Source: the human T2T-CHM13v2.0 reference genome, Homo sapiens. Taken from it: a stretch of 64,000 nt of DNA. Below the pieces are notes generated by a model, which ran no database searches, had not been told where the DNA came from, and was given only the letters and a program-made list of their open reading frames with translations. Where the stretch lies: the NCBI RefSeq assembly GCF_009914755.1, contig NC_060935.1. One strand, given 5' to 3'. Numbering within the stretch: position 1 is the first letter of the stretch; every line of letters begins with the position of its first letter. The position numbers were made by a program, and so were the translations under genes. Shown piece by piece: positions 28,216 to 43,116 of the stretch.

Positions 28216-28267
<52 letters not shown>
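28216..28267. repeat. Compound (TC)n(TA)n microsatellite
   Basis: Direct reading. Confidence 0.97.
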
Positions 28268-28945
28268 TCAGTATACATCCATATGTGTCTATAACAGTAG
28301 CTTTAGGCTGAAACCCAAAAGATAAAGTCTAAAGGGAAAACTAAATGAAGAAGTTGAGTTCAATAGGAGAAGACCAATTACATTTGAGATTATGTTCAAG
28401 AGTCTATAACTAGGGACAGCAGCCAGAAAAACTGATGGAAATGTCCACTATTACCTGGCTATATGCTATTAAATATATCCATATTAAACCTCCAAAAAAT
28501 CAACCCTTGAACTGACTCTGTGAATATAAGCACTCCAATAACTTCTAAAACTTCATCTATACAAATGGTCACAATTTTGATCTTTTACATCTTATTTTCA
28601 TTAAGACTCCATTTCCAAATTCTCAAAGATAGTTTTCTTTAGATTTTTTCATTGCTACTTCATATTCACTGCTAAGAAGTTAATGCCAGTAAACTAATTG
28701 CCATTATGAAAGTTTCCGTTTTTTTAATCACTGATCCAAAAATACCATAAAATATATAACTATTGGACCAATGTTTTCTTTGTAGCATCTTATTGTAAAT
28801 TTTAAGTAAGCCCTGTTGTTTCTGTGTTTTTAAATGAAGACAAGGGTCCTACTATTACAAATATTGTTCACTTATTGAATTACTTACACATTCGGTATTT
28901 ATTTACTTACCTATTAAGTATTTCTATATAATGTCTTTAATTAGA

Positions 28946-29228
28946 TTTTTTTTTTTTTTTGAGATGGAGTCTCACTCTGTCGCCCAGGCTGGAGTACAGT
29001 AGTGCAATGGTGGGTTTAAGCTATTCTCCTGCTTCAGTCTCCCGAGTAGCTGGGACTACAGGCATGTGCCACTATGCCCAGCTAATTTGTGTGTGTGTGT
29101 GTGTATTTTTAGTAGAGATGGGGTTTCACCATGTTGGCCAAGCTGGTCTCGATCTCCTGACCTCGTGATCCACCCACCTCAGCCTCCCAAAGTGCTGGGA
29201 TTACAGGCGTGAGCCACCGCTTCCGGCC
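28946..29228 (-). mobile_element. AluS (Sc/Sg-like) with ~25-bp deletion in right arm and (TG)n in linker
   Basis: Poly-T head, lacks atctcggctcactgcaacctccgcctcc block; TSD-like taa(t/c)tagatt. Confidence 0.92.
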
Positions 29229-29234
29229 TAACTA

Positions 29235-29400
29235 GATTATTTAATAAAAAATAAGAGTACCTACTGCAATGAAGGCACTCTACTGGACACTGTGGCTCCA
29301 GCAGTTGAACCAATAAAAACTTTTTTGTGTGTGTATTCTATTTGGAGAGGCAGAAATAAATAACCTAAAAATAATAATATAATTTTGGTTTGTGACATTA
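29235..29400 (-). mobile_element. L2 fragment
   Basis: gagtacctactgcaatgaaggcactctactggacactg. Confidence 0.55.
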
Positions 29401-32294
29401 AGAAATATAAAGTGGGTTGTGTGCATGTGTGAGAGTGTGCATATGGTGGATGATACTGTCAAAGATTATACCAATTTTAAGTAGTAAGTATTCCATCCTA
29501 CGATTAGTTTTTTATCACAACAGAATCTCTTCATGATGCCAAATATTGAGATAAGACCTTTTCTGTAGACCAAAAGAATTGGGACATTAGTAAGTGTTGC
29601 TCTTAGCCAAAAGGTCTAAATGAACCACATTTTCATGTAATCATAAAAATTTGAGCAATAGAGTAGAACGTTGGGGCAAAATGCCATAAGAAATATGTAT
29701 GTATATTTTAGTTAACAACCTCAAGAAAAAAGTGTTTGAGAGTTTGTTAATGCCATGTATTCTATACTACAGAGTGAAGACAGGCTACTCCCTCACCTGT
29801 TTATATGAAAAATATCTGCCTACTACATAGTGCTTCAAGTAGTGCTAATATATTTTGTTCATTTCAATATAATATGCTTCCTCTCCATAATGGCTTTTCA
29901 AGCCCGTTTATTTGCTTTTGTACACTGTGTTTAAAGCTCCAAGTTGAGAATTCTATTATTAATGATTGCCCAATTTAAAACCACACTTTAAAGTTGTGCT
30001 TCAAAGCAGTCATCACTGTTCTGCAACCTATCTGTTGATAAACTATAAGGAAACACAAGTTCCTGCACCCAGTGGTCTTTCTGCACAGGTGAGAGTACCG
30101 TGTATTCAAATTTAGGGAAAGAATACGACATCCTTGCCAGGACTTTTTAAGCTATTTTATGTATAAAGATAAAGTGACCAACCTAATGACTTGGATCTAA
30201 AATAAAAGTGTCTTCATTTTAAAAATTCTCAGAAAACTAGGCTTTAGTAAGCATAGAATACTATTAATTTATTAATGTGCATGAAAAACAGGAATACACT
30301 GCACGTGGTATTCTAAAGATTCAATCCAAGAAAAAATAATCAATGAAATCTTACAGAGAATTGAAAGAAGCCAGTTCTTGAAGTCCTCAAATCAATTTAT
30401 GTCAACTATAATTCAAGGAAGCATCTTAAGTAAAGACAGAATAGGTTGAATAAAACTCATATGTCTCGGTCACTCAATAATATATCTTTGGGTCAGGAAA
30501 TTTTTTTAAATGTGTCTTAAATGGATGAATACTCTTTGCTATAAGAAATATATAAAAGCAAAGTAAAGAAAATTTTTGATATAGTTCCTATTCTCTCAAG
30601 ACATATTTGAAATGTACTGCACGGTATGATTAAGCAGTTAAATTTCATAGAGTGTAAGTTTTTGCTCCCATAAAATAATTTTTCTTTGCTTGCATTGATT
30701 CACTAACACCTTATTGAGTTGAATGCATGTTTTGTGGGGTGTTTTTGGTAGTCTTATTGATTTCTAGAAAGCTGAGAGGATGGAAACATAGAAATTGATT
30801 TTTTTATTACAAAGCCAGTTATGATCAAGCTTAAAGCTCAAAAGTAATCTCTGCTTATAAACTATGCCCCTTTAAAAACATTTTCCCTATGAAGCCAAAA
30901 GAAGCTAATTATATTTTAAGATTCATTAATGGAATGGAAAAAAGGTGATGATCTCTTCCTGCTCTGGGCTAGTGAGATCAAAACTACAGAAATGTACTCA
31001 AATCTCAGTGATAAAATTTAAGGAAGATTAAAGATAAATTTCAAATGCATTAAGAATAGTGTGACTAAAATACTGAGGAGACTCAATGCCAGGTAAATGG
31101 AAATCTGTGTATTTTGTTGTTTGGTTTCTATTTGTTTTGCATTGTTTTTGCATGATTAGAGTCTATACTTTTGGAAGACAGCATGTAAAACAGGGATTAG
31201 ACCTCGAAACATGGGAATGTAATCTATAAAGAAACTGATTTAAATCAACAGAAGAAAGAACATTTTCACTGCTTTGAAAAGTGGAATGACCAAAAAACAG
31301 AGAAGATAACTTTTATAATGAGATGTGCTAAAGCTGTAAGTCCAGTTAGAAAGAGATATAGAGAGGACTCTAGGAGAAATAAGCATTAGATTAAAATCTA
31401 AATTGTATGAATTTTAAGTTAATTGAAGCCAGATTCTGTGAAATCATTAAAGCTTATGTATGTTTCTTTAGGGTAAATTTTATAGTTAAATTTGTGGTAA
31501 ATTCCTGAAAAAGCACCATCAATCCTTATTTCTTAATCAAATGGTTTCTGTTTTCATAAAAGAAAGTATGAGAAAATTATTCTATTATTAAAAAATTTTA
31601 GATAAACAAAATAAAGGAAAAACAACATTCCAATCTCTCTACTTGCATAATGTCAGCATGCTGATGTGTTAATGTGTTCTCCCATTTTATTATTCTGTAT
31701 TTATTTTACATTATTATAATCATTTTATAAACATAGTGCATTTTGGATTTAATATATCAAATAGTTTTATTGCTATATTACTACAGGTTTTGTGGTGTTA
31801 ATGGTTTTTAAGCAATATTTAATAATGTGTCAATCACTTCCTTCTTGCTGTATATTTACACCAAATTGGAAGATTCAAATTACAAATAATACCAAGATTT
31901 TTAAAACTAATGCAAGTAGATTCCCCTGTATATTGGATTACATTTGTAGAATGGCTTCCTAGAAGTATTCTTTCTAAGTCACACAGCATGAAGAGTTTAA
32001 GGCTCATTGTGTAGAGTACCAAATTGCTTCCAAAAGTGCTGCATTTTTTATTCAGCCTTCAATTTGATTTGAAGTTCAGAAATTCATTAACTACGTTTCT
32101 GTTATAGTTTTTGTAAATGCTATTAACACTTGCAATATGAGGTATTCTTCTTTCACTGTCTTTTCAAATATAACACATTCTGTAATCTTTCTGTCCAAAT
32201 AGGCATATCCAAGAGAAAGTATGGGAATTTACCTATCAGAAAACTAAGTAAAACATAGATGGTTTTTGTAAAGGTGAATAAGGCAGCAGTAACC

Positions 32295-32690
32295 ATATAT
32301 AGCTCTGATCCTGTACGACGGTTTAGATTCCATGCTTACTGTCAGTACCATAGTTTACTCACTTCCTCAGTCTACTTCCCCATCTTTCCTCCTTCCAAGG
32401 GTTTAGGCTTTTTCTTGAGTCTCCTGCCTGGGAGCAATTGTACCCCTGTATCACTAAATCTTTTTGTGCGGTTAAATGATCACAGAAATAACGAACTCTC
32501 AGGATGGATTTCTTGATTGATGATGAAAATGATAGCAACATTAATAATAATAAATAATAATCAATGAACAACTGGTGTTTTTACATGCCAGACACTGTAC
32601 CAAAAACATGTAAATTATCTAATTTTATCTTACCAAAACTCTATATAGTACCACAACCCATTTTAACAGAGGACACTGAAGTTAAAAAGT
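32295..32690. mobile_element. Two MIR relics (plus ~32295-32520, minus ~32560-32690)
   Basis: tactcacttcctcagtctacttccccatct; ttacatgccagacactgtacc...cccattttaacagaggacactgaag. Confidence 0.55.
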
Positions 32691-34832
32691 TATAAGCAGA
32701 AAGAACAAAATTCTTTCTGCTTATATATATATATATATGCTTATATATATATGCTTATATATATGTATATATATAAAATAAGGAAATTAAACACAGACAG
32801 GCTTAAAGAGTAATTTTTAAAAATTACTCATGGTCTATCTTTATTACCTATAGGTGTCAAGTTTAGTAAAAATTTCTTTTTTCAGAGTTATTTTTACTTG
32901 GTCTAACGTAGGATTGATCTTAAAAATATATTGTTTTCATTAGTAATATCCTATTGCAAGTCAAAATCTTCTTTCTAGGTTACTTAAATTATACCTTTTT
33001 TCCCTCTTCTTACAGCTTCTACTTCCAATTCAGTTACCCTGGCTACTCCAAAGTAGATGATTCCCAGCACCACTTTCACCTTCAACTCACACGGTGTTTT
33101 TCTCCTCAGTATAAATATCACTTCCATTTCATCTGTTCTTTTATGGAAACTGAAGTGTCATGTTGTCTTAATGTAAATAGAGAGTATATTTCTTTATTAT
33201 TATTTTGCTCAGTAATCATCTCCTAACAATTTACAGTTGCTTAGCATATACAAAAACAATATTTAGGGTTTAACATTCAAGAAACAAGAGAAGATTGTAC
33301 AAAAGGGTGATTGGAAGATTTTTTTCTATCTACTGTTTTAGAATTACATAACTAGTTCAAAATTGTGTCACTGAAGACATATTACACTTCCCAAAGGGCT
33401 TAAATTACAGTGTGTGGAAGGTTAAGCACCAAACAATGGCTGTATAAATGAAAAAAATAAAAGTTAAAGTTAATAATAAAGGCATTTGCTTGATGAATCA
33501 TCAAAATTACTCCAACACTCAAATATTGCCAAATTTCTTAGTCATAGAATTAGGAAGTTTAGGCATTTTAAGAAGATGGTCTCACCTGAGTGATTGGACA
33601 GTTATATAGTGACCCTGGAAATAGAGGTATCAGTTTTTAATCTCTCTTTCTCTTTCTCTCCCTTGACATAAAACTAAATAAATATGCAAGGTCCCTCTTT
33701 TTTCAGCACTGGAATATGATCACTGCAAAACAGCAATACCTGAAAGAAGAAAAACTCAATAGGTGAAGCCCGTGAACATCTCTGAACTTTGCCTGAGAGC
33801 AGTTTCCAAAACACGGCACAGTGAGATGGAGACAAAGCAGAGTGTGATGGTCATGTTCAATGAAGAGGCAAAAATTGGGGGTCTTTTTAACAAACTGTCT
33901 TACATCGATTGGATACCCACAGGCAAAATAAACCAACAGCTTCCATTTATACTTTTCACCACATATAAAAAATAATTCGAAGTGGATCACAGGTCAAAAT
34001 TCAAAACCTAAAACTTCGAAACATCTATGAGAATATAGGGAAAAACAACTGTAGTCTTAAGATTGTAAAGATTCCTTAGATGTGACACTAAAAGCATGCT
34101 AGATGATAGAACAAACTGTTAAGTGGGATTTCATCAAATTAATAACATCTGCTCTTCAAAAGACAAAGTTGAAGATGAAAAGATAAGCCCCATACTGAGA
34201 GAAAATGTTTGCAAATAGTACATCTGATAAAAGAATTGAGTATAGAGTATATAAAAGCCTTTCAAACTCAATGGAAAATAGGCAACCCAATTTTAAAAAT
34301 TAGAAAATATTTAAACAGACATTTCACCAAAAAAGATATGTGGCTGGCAAATAAAGACATGAAGAAATGCTCAATATCATTTGTCTTTAGGAAAATTTAA
34401 ATTAAGACTACAATGAGATACCACTATACAAATATTAGAAAGTTTAAAACTAAAAATACCAAAAAACAGAGTGCTAAAAAGGATGTAGAAGAACTAGAAC
34501 TTTCATATACTACTGATGAAAATGTAAATGGTACAACAGTTTTGGAAAATAGTGTAGTAGTTTCTTAAATAGTTAAACATTCACCTAACCACACCAACAA
34601 AATAATCACTCAATAAAAATTAACTTGAAGATCACATAAATGTTAAGATTAATGAACAAAACCTTTAAAGCAACTACTATAAATAGGTTCGAAGAAATAA
34701 AGAAATATATATTTAAACTATTACAGCAAAAATGTATCATAATCAATAAATGAAATATCAGCAAACAAAAAAAGAAACTATAAAAAGTCTCCAAATGAAT
34801 ATGGAATTTTTCCAAAATTAGTTCCACCGTAG

Positions 34833-35349
34833 TGTTACCAGGGCACTCGAGATTTCAGCATCCCAGCACTTTTAGTGACTTAAATAATAAAAATTTGGAT
34901 CAGGTCCTTGCTTGCTTGCACTAGCTTTTTGCCCAGTATTCTTTTTTCCCATAACGTAATTATAAACTGCTGATGTATAGTTTGTTTGTCGAGCAGAACG
35001 TGATAACTCTGGGTTCACACAAAGGTTTTCCAGAAGGAATGAATGCCTCGAAGGACTTTGTGAACCAGCTGCTGACCTCCAGAAAACTGGTTGCTCAAGG
35101 TGTTATCTGAGACTGATGAAATATAGCCTTTTCCTTTGATTCCCTGAAACCACCCCTCCCTTACCCCCTGGCCACATGAAAACTCTCTGCTGCTTCTTTT
35201 TGTTAAGGTAGATTTGAGAGATCTTGCCGCCTTGCCTTCTCACTTTGGCCAAATCAAATAAACCTTTCTCTGCCTCCAAACATCTGTTTGTCAGCGTTCA
35301 GCATCAGCTGCACATGGGTTCACAAATCTGAATTTGGGCTTCAATAACA
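34833..35349 (+). mobile_element. Solo LTR (ERV1-class by 4-bp TSD; family not identified)
   Basis: tgttacc...aataaca termini, aataaa at ~35257, TSD gtag 34829-34832 / 35350-35353. Confidence 0.8.
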
Positions 35350-35519
35350 GTAGCTTGAAGATGTCAGAAAATCAATACCAGTGAAATCAAAGACATATAA
35401 ATAGAAATTACCCCTTCTGAAAAATAGAGAGAATAGCATTAAAGAATAACAGAGCCTCAGGAATCTGTGAGAAAACATTAAATGGATTAACTTAAGTATA
35501 ACAAAAACCAAGAAAGAGA

Positions 35520-35534
35520 AAGAAAGAAGGAAAG

Positions 35535-35588
<54 letters not shown>
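35520..35588. repeat. (GAAA)n tetranucleotide microsatellite
   Basis: Direct reading. Confidence 0.95.
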
Positions 35589-37439
35589 TTTAAAAATAAA
35601 GAATAAAATAGTCCTAAATTTGGTTTAAATTATCAAATTATAGACTCAAGACCCTCAGTGAAGCCCAGGTAGGGTGAATACAAACAAATAAACAAATAAA
35701 ACCCTTATTTAGACATATAATTGTGAAACTTCTAAAAAATATAAATAAAACTTTACAAATACCAAAATATAATTTCTAATTATAATGTCCTCACAAAAAG
35801 ATGTTGAAATAAAGACATAGTTAGATAAATGAAAACTGAAGGTAATTGTCACTAGTAAACCTGCACTACAAGAAGTGTTGAAAGATATTCTTCAGGCTGA
35901 AGTAAAATGATACCAAATAAAACCTTGGATCTGAAAGAAAGGATAAAGAGCTTCAGAATTAATCAAACATAGTGGTTTCTTCTTGTGACTTCTTTATAAA
36001 AAAATTACTGTCTAAAAAAAAACAGTGTCAGGTGTTTAATATATATTAACTATTAACTTTTTGTTTTCATAATAAAAGAGCAAAGGAGGAGGTTAGGTAA
36101 ATGGAATTAAACTGTTGTAAGGTAAATCCATTTATGAAAAAGGAAATAAAAAATGTAAAAGATCAAACATAATGTCAGCAAATTTAAATGTTTGCTTTTC
36201 AAAAATATCATTAAAGAACATGAAAAGGCATGCCATATAATGGTAGAAAAAATTTCAATACATATCCCTGGAAAGGACTTGACAGGTGAATATCAAAGTA
36301 ACTCATAACCCAATAATATGAAACAACCTACTATAAAAAAAACTTGAGGAAACTTTACAAAAGAGAATTAGTAAATTGCCAATAAACACAGGAACAGATA
36401 CTCAATATCATTAGTTATCAGAGAAATTCAAATAAATTGATATAGATTAATAACTAATCTGATCCAGATTAAATACTGCTGCATCCCCAGTAGAATCTCT
36501 AAATTTAAGAAGATCAGCATTACAATGGCTGGTGAGGATACAGAGTAACTGAAACTCTAATACATTATGAGTGGAAATGCAGTAGTGTACAGCCACTTTA
36601 GAGTTAAATATCCACTTCCCATATACCTCATCAATTTCACTCCTGGGCATTCACCCAAGAGAAATAAAAACATCTTTCCAAAAAAAGACTTATACAAGAA
36701 TGCTCATAGCAACTTTATTCCTAGTAAAGAATTGGAAACAAACTGTCCATCAACAGGTGGGTGGATAAACAAATTGTGGTAAATTTAAACAATGGAATAG
36801 TAGTCAGCAATGAAAATGAACTAATTGCAGATACAGAAAACAATATGATTGAATTTCAGAGATATTATGTTGAGCAAAAGAAGCTAGATGCAAATGACTA
36901 TACACTGTATGATCAATTTATTTAAACTTCAGAACAAATAAAACTAATCTATAATGACAGAAATCAAATCACTTTTGTGATGTGGAGGGAGGAAGTAGGA
37001 TTGACTGCAAAGGGAACTTTCTCATGAGATAAAAATGTCCCATTTCTTCATTGGGGTGATGATTACATGATTCTAGACATTTATTAAAATCATAAAAATA
37101 TAGAATTAATACAAATCAAGAACAGGAATGTATGGCAGTTAAGATCTTCATAGCAAGATGAAAAATTCTTTATTGTTTGACTCCTTTGTGTGTGTGTGTG
37201 TGTGTGTAATTATTGAAACTACAAACCCCCTGTAAAACTAAGTTTTCAAAAGAATTTGAAAAGCACTTCTGTGAAAAATATACAGATAAACAACAATGTA
37301 ATAATGCTTATCTGAGCTACCAAAATCATTTGTTAACAATATTCATGAAGTTTTGATGCCATATAGATTTAGTAAGTATATTAAATCTATACTAAAATGG
37401 ACATAGTCTCTTCCTTTAAGCATTTAGAGTTCAGTAGTA

Positions 37440-37898
37440 TGTACTTATACGGAGGCTAAAGGCAAATCCATCTTCGATGCAAATCTGCCATGTTGGCTTC
37501 TGACTAACTCCAGTTCCAGAAATGCCTCTAAGATTTCTATTTTATCACTGTTTCTTGTGTACTTAACATAAATCCTACCCTTAGGTCAAAACAACCTTGA
37601 CAATAAATCCTGCCCTTCGGCAGATTCACATACCATTTTTGCTTTTCCTTGAGATGTTGATTTCGGTTATCCTACACATTCCTTCCCTGTGATTTATAAA
37701 GCCTGGGTCTGGGGGATAATGGCCCTGGGATCCATCATCTTGTCTCACAGCTGCCCAAAACACAGACATGACTTCTGTTCATAAGTTTCTATTAGATGTT
37801 ACTTTCTGAAAAATTGGATTTGTCAGCCTCTTTCTTTGGTCTCTCAGTTTCCTTGGACTTTGGGAAGAGGTTTGCATAGACTTGCTTACTGCAGAACA
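37440..37898 (+). mobile_element. MER49-like ERV1 solo LTR
   Basis: tg...ca termini; ccatcttcgatgcaaatctgccatgttggcttctg, two taaatcct(a/g)ccctt units, TATA-like tttataaa ~37693. Confidence 0.7.
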
Positions 37899-39382
37899 AC
37901 CTGAAGAATTATAATATAAATAATTACATCAAAATCTCCTCAAGCTTAAATGATAAAACCTCATTCAAATACCATGTCACTTAATTTTTTTAGTTAAAAA
38001 TTTCAGAAGAGGAAATAACCTGCTATTTAAAAATTATTGAGCATTTTTACCTATATTTTCCTTATTTCCAATATGCTATATATCTGATCGTTTCAGAGAG
38101 GTCAAGTGCATTCAAAACTTCCAAAAATGAAAAGTGGTTTTATATCAGATGATATTATTTTAGAATGTGCTCCTTTCAGGAAAACGGGCAAGCCCAAACA
38201 TGGCCTTTATCCAGCACATTTGATTTCATTTTGGAACAATTTATTTTAAAAAATTTCCATAATTTGCTTAATACATTACAGAAAACATAATTATTTTTTT
38301 GTTTCTAAATAGCCTTACATACATATATCAGATAATTTACCAGGATCAGACATAATTCTTAACATCATATTTCAAATGTAGTTATAGCTCCCTCATATTT
38401 TTGTGTGCAATTACAAATTCCGACACGCAGGGGAACTTTGAAATAAGTCGTGTGAATATATGGAAGCATAAAAGGAGAGATTTAAATATCACTATGATAT
38501 GCCAGGAAGGAAATATGACACGACAATGTTAATACAGTCTGAGAGTTCAGACAGCATGCTGAGTGACTTTCCTTTCTTTAAGAGTATCTGTCAACAGACA
38601 TTCAGAACACTGATCATGCTCTCCACGCAGATTTAAGGCTCAACAAAATTGAAGAATAAATCAGCAGTATACCTTGTGTATGCTTTTTGAAAACAAAACT
38701 ACCTATGAAAATCAGTTTAGAGTTATTTATAACGTTTTGGCTCTCACTTTTCCCTCAGTAACCTTACTCAGAGGATGACTTTTGACACAGCTTACTGTAA
38801 TCACACACATGTTAAAATGAGAACACTAGCTCAATAAGCTTAAGGCTTCTTTAGAATCTTAACATTTATAAAACTCTCTGTAAATAGTAACTATAAAATG
38901 TATTTTTTTTCTGAATTCTTTTATCTTGGGTGAAATAGTGTAACTACTTCATCTTTTCCTAAAAATAATGGTTTATAGATAGTAATACAAATAATACACA
39001 TTTACAAAGCTAATTTTGTTTTCTGCAAGCTAATGCCCACTAATGAGAAACTAGGTTTACTGTCATTGTTATCATCCATATGATCTTGTCGGTGATTTTC
39101 CTAAAGATTGAGTTTATCAAATTTTTTGGGAAAAAATAATCCCCTTTTACATCTTACCTATCAACATAATGATCTTGTTTTATGTAATCTTATTGTTTTC
39201 AACCATTGTTTTCTTGAAAAGGAGTATTTGAAAATGATTGTATATTAATATGTAAAATATAAGATTTTCCTATCAAAAAATTAAAAACATATGCATCACT
39301 TCATAGTGTTAGTTATTTGGAATTGAGAGGTGGATGAGGAGAGGACTGAGAAAGGCAGGTTGTTGAAGTGAGCTTCCAGTAA

Positions 39383-39734
<352 letters not shown>

Positions 39735-40097
39735 AGATTATCTAAAATTTTCAAATGTGTAAGGCAAGGAGAAAAAATAATTTTATCGTTAAATTAACAA
39801 GGCAAAAAATCAAGCTACTGTCTGCTAAATACCAAGTATAAAATAATTTTAAAGTCAAATCTATCTACTACTATGATAAGGTCAATTACATAGTTATATA
39901 CACACAAATATATTAAATGTTAAAATAAAAGTTAAATTTCTAACGTATCATCATCTCTTTCCTAATTTTTTCCTAGTCTGACTGTACCAGTGTGTACCAT
40001 TATGATTGCCTTTGGTGTGCTCAAAATAGCATTACTAAGTTAATAGTTTAAGAATTTTCATGCAGAGAAATACCTGAAATTAAATGCCAATACTTAA

Positions 40098-40421
<324 letters not shown>

Positions 40422-40494
40422 AATGTCATCTATTTTCAATTCTCCATCTAGATTTTAGACTTGAAAAAAAAAAAAAAAAGCCAAAGGAATATAT

Positions 40495-40587
40495 GGGAAA
40501 GTGATCTGGTCTGAAAATTCAGGAAGCTAGACCAACTCCTAGAAAAGTGGTCTAGCTTCCTGAATTTCCAGTCCAGATCACTTTCCC
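40495..40587. repeat. Inverted repeat: 40-bp arms (38/40 paired), 13-nt spacer
   Basis: gggaaagtgatctggtctgaaaattcaggaagctagacca / tggtctagcttcctgaatttccagtccagatcactttccc. Confidence 0.95.
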
Positions 40588-40773
40588 TGTATATTTGATA
40601 TTAATCAACAGAAAAATGAGGAAGGAGGCAATGATGTCTTAGAAATCATGCAGACAATGTGACTTTGACTAAGCCCCAGGTGTTTTTCTTCTCTTCAGTC
40701 AATTAGAATAACAAGAGACACTAAGATTTTATAAAACAGTGCATTTTCATGTGTTATAAAATCAATCGTTAAT

Positions 40774-43116
40774 TGTATTAGTTCGTTTTCACACTGCTGA
40801 TAAAGACACACCCAAAACTGGGTAATTTACAAGAAAAGAGGTTTAATTGACTCACAGTTCCACATGGCTGTAGAGCCCTCACAATTATGGTGGAAGGTGA
40901 ATGAGGAGCAAAGTCATGTCTCACATGGTGGCAGGCAAGACAGCATGACAGCCAAGTGAAAGGAGAAACCCCTTATAAAACCATTAGATCTGGTGACACT
41001 TATTCACTACCATGAGAACAGTATGGGGAAAACTGCCCCCATGATTCAATTATCTTCCACCAGGTGCCTCCCACAACACAGCGTAATTATGAGAGCCACA
41101 GTTCAAGAAGAGATTTAGACAAGGACACAGCCAAACCATATCATTACACCCTGGCCCCTCCCAAATCTCATGTCCTCACATTTCAAAACCAATCATGTCT
41201 TCCCAACATTCCCCCAAAGTCTTAACTCATTTCAGCATTAATTAAAAAATCCACAGTCCAAAAGCTCATCTGAGACAAGTCAAGTCCCTTCTGCCTATGA
41301 GTCTTTAAAGTCAAAAGCACATTAGTTACTTCCTAGATACAATGGAACTATAGGCATTGGATAAACACACCCATTTTAAATGGGAGAAATTGGTCAAAAC
41401 AAAGGAGCTAAAGGCCCCATGCAAGTTCAAAATCCAACAGGCCAGTCGAACATTAAAGCTTTGAAATGATCTCCTTTAATTCCATGTCTCACATCCAGGT
41501 CACTCTGATGCAAGAGGTGGGTTTCCATAGTCTTGGGCAGCTCCACCCCTATGGCTTTGCAGGGTACAGCCCTCCTCCTGGCTGCTTTCATGGGTTGGTG
41601 TTGTGTCTGTGGCTCTTGCAGGCACGCAGTGAAAGGTGTTGGTAGATTTACCATTCTGGTGTGTGGAGGACGGTGGCCCTTTTCTTACAGCTCCACTAGG
41701 TAGTGCCTCACTGGGGACACTGTGGGGTCTCGCACCCCACATTTCCCTTCATGCTGCACTAGCGGAGGTTCTCCGTGAAGGTCCTGTCCCTCCAGCACAT
41801 CTCTGCTTGGACATCCAGGCATTTCCATAAATTCTCTAAAACTAGGCAGAGGTTCCCAAACCTCAATTCTTGACTTCTGTGCAAGTGAAGGCCTAACTCC
41901 ATGTGTAAGCCACCAAGACTTTGGGCTTGCATCCTCTGAAGCAATGGCCTGAGCTCCATGTTGGCCTCTTTTAGGCACAGGTGGGATGCAGGGCACCAAG
42001 TCCCAAGACTGCACAAAGCAGCAAGGCCCTGAGCCCAGCCCATGAAACCATTTTTTCCTCCTAGGCCTCCTGGCTTGTGATTGGAGGGGCTGCCATGAAG
42101 ACCTCTGACATGCCCTAGAGACATTTTTCCTATTGTCTTGGCGATTAACATTTGGCTCCTCATTACTTTTGCAAATTTCTGCAGCCAGCTTGAATTTCTC
42201 CCCAGAAAATGGGTTTTTCTCTTCTATTGCGTCAACAGGCTGCAAATTTTCTGATCTTTTATGCTCTGCTTCCCTTTTAAACATAAGTTCCTATTTCAAA
42301 CCATATCTCTGTGAATACATAAAACTGAATGCTTTTAATAGTACCCAGGTCACTTCTTGAACGCTTTGCTGCTTAGAAATTTCTTCTGCCAGATGCCCTA
42401 AATCATTTCTCTCAAGTAAAAAGTTCCACAAATCTTAGGGCAGAGGCAAAATGACACTAGTCTCTTTGATAAAACATAGCAAGAGTCACCTTTGCTCCAG
42501 ATCCCAACAAGTTACTCATCTCCATCTGAGACCATCTCAGCCTGGACTTCATTGTCCATATCACTATCAGCAGTTTCGTCAAAGACATTTAACAAGTTTC
42601 CAGGAGTTCCAAACTTTCCCACATTTTCCTGTGTTTCTCTGAGCCCTCCAAACTGTTCCAACTTCTGCCTGTTACACAGTTCCAAAGTCACTGCCATATT
42701 TTTGGGTATCTTTACAGCAGTGCCCCACTCCCACTACCAATTTACTGTATTAGTCTGTTTTTACACTGCTGATAAAGACATATCTGAGAATGGGTAACTT
42801 ATAAAGGAAAGAGGTTTAATTGACTCACAGTTCCACATGACTAGGGAGGCCTTGCAATTATGGCAGAAGGTGAATAAGGAGCAAAGTCACATTTTACATG
42901 GCAGCAGTCAGGAAAGCATGAGAACCAAGTGAAAGAGGAAACCCCTTCTAAAACCATCAGATCTCATGAGACTTATTCACTACTGTGAGAACAGTATGGG
43001 AGAAACCACCCCCATGATTCAATTGTCTCTCACTGTGTCCCTCCCACAACATGTGTGAATTATGGGAGCTACAATTCAAGATGGGATTTGGGTGGGGACA
43101 CAGCCAAGCCACATCA
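40774..43116 (-). mobile_element. Full-length THE1C-like MaLR provirus (LTRs 40774-41143 and 42746-43116)
   Basis: Two ~370-bp LTRs, ~1.6-kb internal region with residual ORF 41685-42284, 5-bp TSD ttaat 40769-40773 / 43117-43121. Confidence 0.96.

Larger units (their letters stand above)
33700..37100 (+). mobile_element. Mosaic of old L1M fragments (ORF2 3' part 33850-34590, ORF1-like 34600-35950, 3' end 36150-37100)
   Basis: ORFs 33763-33975 and 34209-34400 (LNRHFTKKDMWLANKDMKKCS), 3'UTR gatattatgttgagcaaaagaagctaga. Confidence 0.75.

Noticed and set aside
26280-30095. Strong-looking splice donors (aaa|gtaagt ~26291; cag|gtgaga ~30089)
   Set aside because: No convincing paired acceptors or ORFs; such motifs occur by chance. 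lncRNA exons cannot be excluded without transcript data.
37361-37391. Short inverted repeat tatagatttag...ttaaatctata
   Set aside because: 11-bp AT-rich arms inside an L2-like relic; likely chance or a small inversion.
41685-42284. 199-aa ORF as a gene
   Set aside because: Residual THE1 internal reading frame; the rest of the internal region is disrupted.
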